From the human T2T-CHM13v2.0 reference genome, Homo sapiens: 64,000 nt of DNA. A program made the position numbers and the translations under genes. The stretch lies in the NCBI RefSeq assembly GCF_009914755.1, contig NC_060934.1; one strand, given 5' to 3'. Positions 59,466-64,000 of the stretch are shown piece by piece. Position 1 is the first letter of the stretch. Every line of letters starts with the position of its first letter. The notes under the pieces are model-generated. The model searched no databases and was not told where the DNA came from. It saw only the letters and a program-made list of their open reading frames with translations.

Positions 59466-60319
59466 TCGGCTCCGCTGCCGCCTGGTACCCACTCCCCAGC
59501 ATGGCCTGCGGGTTGCCAGGCCAGAAGGAGTTGGGGGAGGGGGTTGCTGGAGGCGGAACAGGCTGGAGGGCCTGAGGGCTCCCTGGGGCTTGCTCCTCTT
59601 CCTGCCTTGATCTCTTTACTCCCTTTCTCTCTTGTCTTTCCTTCTCATTTCCTTCCTCTGTACATTTCCTCTTCTCAGTCTCTCTTGTTCCCTTCTTTCC
59701 TTATTTCTGTCTCCCTCTCTCCTTTTTTCCTCCTTTCCTCCCATCCATTCCTGTCCTCCTCTGCCCTGTGCTTCTCCGCCTCTGTCTCTGGTAGTGTTTC
59801 TCTCTCTCTGCCAGTCTGGGCCCTGAACCCTTCCCTCTCTGGTTCTCCTCTCTTCCTCCCTCTATTGGAGTTTCTGCCTCTCTCTTCCCCCTTGTTCCCC
59901 ATCATTCGGATTCATTCCTCCCTAGCCAGTGCAAAGCATAATGATGACCAGTCCTTGTGACTAGGCCTCTGCCCTGCTACAAAGCGGGAGGCTGCAACCT
60001 CTCCCTCAGCACCTTGGTGGAGACTGATGCTCCTCCCTGCTCCCCAGCTATTTAGGGGAGAAGGGAAGGAACTAGAAGACGTGAGGGTCCTGTTTTTTAT
60101 TTCTCCTCTATTTGATCTGGAACAGGAGTGAGGAAATAAAAAATGATTTTTTGAAAACTTTTGCGTTTCATCTTGTCCCAGAATAAATTAATACAGGCTC
60201 AGGTGCTAAATTTAATTTTCAGGAAAAGAAAAACTGCCCTGATACCTCTCCTTCAGGGTCTTCAGCTTTCTCACCAGCCAGCCTGACCTGAGCAGCCTCC
60301 TGCAGGGCCCTTTTCCTAA

Positions 60320-60610
60320 AGATACTTAAACCAAATCACAATTGTCATCATGACAACAATAAGGCAGAGAAGCCAGTAATCACAGACCCAGCCCCAGTGA
60401 TTATTTTTTCTCCTAAGAAGCCACAACATTTAAACTTGGTTTGCCCTGGACCTCAGGGTCTGACAAGACAATAACAACAGAAAAAGCTTTTAAAACCAAT
60501 TTAGCACACGTGAAAATGTAATTCTAATGAAGAATCAATAGGCTGGCGGATCATTTTTCCTGGGACTCCTTGGAGATCCTGAGAGAGACTTTCAATCAAT
60601 GGGGCGGGCA
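60320..60610. promoter_or_regulatory. Candidate enhancer element
   Basis: Sox-like CACAAT/AACAAT, TGACA palindrome, CACGTG, TAAT cores. Confidence 0.35.
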
Positions 60611-62669
60611 ATGAGCAAGAGGGCCCAAGAGACAGTGCAGGACAGGGGTGAGGGCCAGGAGACAAAGAGAAGCTGAGCCTGAGGGAGGAGGCCAGAGGGA
60701 GGCTGAGGTACAGGGCTGGGCCCTTTGACTGACATCACTTTGCAGGCTTCCGGAGGAAGAGTATCAGAGCCAGAGGTAAGAAGTCACCTTCCTCTTCATG
60801 GCCCCTCTGGTATGCAACAGGCGACTTTGCACAATGGCCTCAGCTCTCTTCCCCTGAGCCTAGGCCCTGGCCTTGGCACTGCCCCAACTCTGGGCCCTGT
60901 GTTCAGGTAACTGTGACCAATGGGCTCAGGAGCAGGCAGGGGACACTGAGTACGTGTGTTTCCAGTTCAAAACACCTGGTTCCCAGTGGGTGCTTCCCTC
61001 TGTATGTGTCTCGTACGCTGGGCCTCAGTTCAAGTCTCTGACAGAACAGAAGCAAAAACACCGGAAGTATGTGTGGTCATACTTCACATTTTACAAATCA
61101 CTTGCACACACACTATCTCATGAGAAGCCTGCTAGAAGGGCAAGGATTATCATCACTATTTCAGAGAAAAGGCCACAAAAGGGCACAAAGAGCTGTGCAG
61201 TGAAGGTGAGACTCAGCAGGCCACAGTCCCTGTGTGTGAGTGGGTGTGGTTCTGAATAGGTGACAGCGAGAGGCTAATCACATGTGTGATCATCTCACAT
61301 GTATGCAATGGAGGGGCCACACAACAGTGTGAGATTTTTGTCACGATGGTGTGAGATTTTTGTGTATGTAACTAAGGTCTCATGTATACATATTGCTCTC
61401 CATCCCTGTCCTTGGAAATGTCGCTCCGTGGATAACAAAGTGAAAAAATTTTTTTTTGCTTCTAAGTATTTGTGTGCTTGGGTTGGAAAATCACTGATGG
61501 AAAAAGAAAAAAAAACACCACCATGGTCTGATATTTTAAATCACAAATATTAGTACGATGATAATTTGGCCATAATTTGCCTGAAAGGGTAAAAATATCA
61601 TATTCTTGTAGAAAGATATTTAAATTTTAAGTCACAGAACCATGATATAGGTTTTGCCTCTGGGCTCTTGTGCCCCTCTGGCTTCCTGTCCCTAGTTATA
61701 CAACCTTTCTAGAGGAAGTTCAGCTGAAGTGGTGGGAGTCCCTTTCCTATTCCTGAGGGAAGTTGGCCCAGTGGGCCTGGTGAACCTGCTGCCTGGCTTG
61801 CCTTGGTGCCTTCCTGCCTGGGGCCTGGTGGAGTATGCTTAAGATGGGGCCAGCCCCAGCCTCTGCCTGCCCACGGGGGTTTACCCAGCACTTTCCTTGA
61901 TAGCCTCTCAGTTTTCCCCCGTGAGTGTGAGCCAGGCTGTGAAGTGGGAGGCCCAGGGTATGTGGGTAGGGGTATTAAGTGGAGCAAATGAAGAAGGGGA
62001 ACCCTGGGGCAAGGAGGAGTGGGAGCTGTGGTGCTTAGAAGGTGTGTGTGTGTGTCTGAAGTAGGAGTACAAGACGGTGCAGATGAGCAAAGGGTGTGAG
62101 AGTTTTGAGGGAGAGCTTGTGGCTAAGGTGTGAGAGGTGTAAATTCCAGGTTGGGAGGGAGTGATGTGGGCAAAGATAAAGTGGGCCTTTCATCAGGGTT
62201 GGAAGTATCAGTGTGCTGGAAGAGGAGGGTGTGAGTCTGAGGGTATAAGAGACTTGGGACCAGAATGCTATGGACGGGCATGGCTCAAGCGGGTGGCCCT
62301 GTGAGTGTGGCAGGAGTTTGGAAGGGGTGAGTTCCTCCTCCCTTTCCCCCTCGCCCTCGCCATCTCTTTAAAGGCAAGGAAGCCAGAACTTTTTTCTTTT
62401 ATTCAGTTTAAAAATAAAAAAGCTCCTGGAGCAGGAGAACCTGTGAGGGATTTAGCGAGCACTTCCACCCTGAACATAGCGGGGACAGGGCCCTTCTGGA
62501 ACCACTGTGTGGCCTGAGAAAGTTAGGGCATGTCTGTGGAGATCCTGGAAAGGGAGGCTGTGGAGCCTCACGTTCCAGAAAGTGGAATGAGCCGAGAGCT
62601 GAGAGTGGTGGGGAAGGGGAACCGCACAAAGTTGGGAAGTAGGCGAGAAGCCAGGCTGTGGGTCTGGAG

Positions 62670-63280
62670 GGGGGCGTGTGACAGTGAAGAAGAGGGGGTT
62701 GGGTGAGAGGGTGTGCCGGCGTCTAGGCTGGGCTGCGGTCCGTGGGCGCCTCAGGCAGCGAGGGTGGCTGCTTGCCTGCGGCTGGCTGGGGCCTCGGTGC
62801 GTGTGCACGCGTGTGCGCGGGGCGGAGAACCCGGGCTCCTCGGGGTGCCGGAGCCTCTGCGCGGCCGGGAGTGAGAGAGCGGGCCCGGGCGGAGCACACA
62901 GGCGTGGCGGCGGGCGGCTCGGGTTATCTGAGCCGCTTGGTGTTGGGTGGCTGCGCCCAGATCTCCGGGCGGCGGCGGCGGCGAAGGCGAGACGCGTTGT
63001 CGGGCCGCGGAGGAGCGGGACAGCCAGACCCAGCCCCAGGACGCGGCGGCCGCGGGGAGCCTAGCATGGAAGAGCGCGCGGGTCCGGCAGGTAAGAGCGG
63101 CAGAGACCCGTCCGCGCCGCGGGCGAGGACTAGGGGAGAGGGATGGGGGCGGCCATGGCCGGGGCGGGCTCCTCTCCTCTTTCATCCCTGTGCTCAGTAC
63201 CCGGCGGGCGACGTGAAGGCTGGGGACTGAGGCTCTGCGGACTCTGGGGCCTCCTGGGCCGTCCCTCCCGGTGTCCTCTA
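62670..63280 (+). promoter_or_regulatory. CpG-island promoter / first exon (probable distal PAX2 promoter)
   Basis: Very high CpG density, GC boxes, (GGC)n, G-skew on + strand, ends in consensus splice donor. Confidence 0.8.
63066..63090 (+). CDS. PAX2: Coding part of a first exon, MEERAGPA + 1 nt (phase-1 intron); probably the alternative N-terminus of PAX2
   Basis: Kozak AGCATGG and donor CAG|GTAAGA seen directly. Gene identity comes from recollection of a PAX2 isoform with a distal first exon, plus the CNE/CGI landscape; the paired box is not in the window. Confidence 0.65.
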
Positions 63281-64000
63281 AACCTTCTGAAAACTTTCCA
63301 CTCAGAAAATGTGAGTTCTACAACCTCGCTTGCAGAACTTGGCTTTTTCCTTTCTGTTGTGTGTTGAGGACTTTCTCGTTCTACTTTGGGCTACAGATAT
63401 TTTGCACAACTTCCTCCAAGTTGGGAGCATTGGGAAGGCCTTCGCTTCCAGTAAGAAGGGAGTGTGAGCTGGGCCAGCGCCTATGCCAGTGGGTGGGGAA
63501 ACTCTGTGTGTACCTGTGTGTAGGGTCTTATGTATTCGATTATGAACACTAATGTAGATGAGCCTAACCTCTGTAGGGAGAAGGCTGTGTCCCCCCAACC
63601 CCAAATCAAGGGCAGCATGGGGACAGGTGGCAGGCCCCAGGGGACCCAGTGGGGAGAGGAATCTGAAAATGTTTACCCAAAGGGCTAAGGGAGTAGAGTG
63701 TTGCTCTCTTTTTCTTCCTTCCTTCGCTTGTCCCCCAGGCTGCCAACTCAGCTCTGGACTGCCCTTTAGGTGCCCTGGTGTTGCACAGCGGTGGGAAGCC
63801 AGGCACCCAAGTTTAGTTTTGGACTTCGGGGGAGGGAGAGGGTTGGAACAGGTTTCCAGAGTTTTCCAAATAATTCCACAGAGGTCAAGGCCTAATTTGA
63901 GGCCTTTTTTGCCTCACTCCTCACCTTTCCCAAATCTCATTCCTTGCTCCCCCCTCCCCCAGCTCAGGTTCCAGTTGTTTCAGCTGATAACCCAGGTCCC

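Noticed and set aside
62742-63230. 162-aa ORF reading through MEERAGPAGKSG...
   Set aside because: Starts at GTG and runs past a consensus donor; better explained as first exon plus intron.

Overview
Human genomic DNA (Alu, L1PA, MIR, L2, MaLR and MER repeats), almost entirely non-coding. There is no intact host protein-coding ORF. The long ORFs are either L1 ORF2 fragments or artefacts of Alu, low-complexity or GC-rich sequence. The window looks like the upstream regulatory landscape of a developmental transcription-factor gene. It has a chain of about 7 CpG-island-like blocks, many AT-rich TAAT-rich blocks resembling conserved non-coding elements, and Alu-free stretches. At the right end is a CpG island with a strong-Kozak ATG followed by a consensus splice donor (MEERAGPA|gtaag). 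From memory this matches the distal alternative first exon of PAX2 (chr10q24.31, HIF1AN-PAX2 interval); that identification needs BLAT confirmation. I found no previously undescribed multi-gene system. The most notable observations are a candidate ultraconserved element near 15.0-15.6 kb, an 11-bp-period array of five p53-family-like half-sites, a 52-bp locally templated insertion scar, a twin-primed (5'-inverted) L1PA3, a 3'-deleted AluYa5 with a 45-nt A-tail, and a recurring TAATCC/Pax-like motif grammar in the candidate enhancers. Repeat subfamily names come from recalled consensus sequences, and boundaries of old repeats are approximate.
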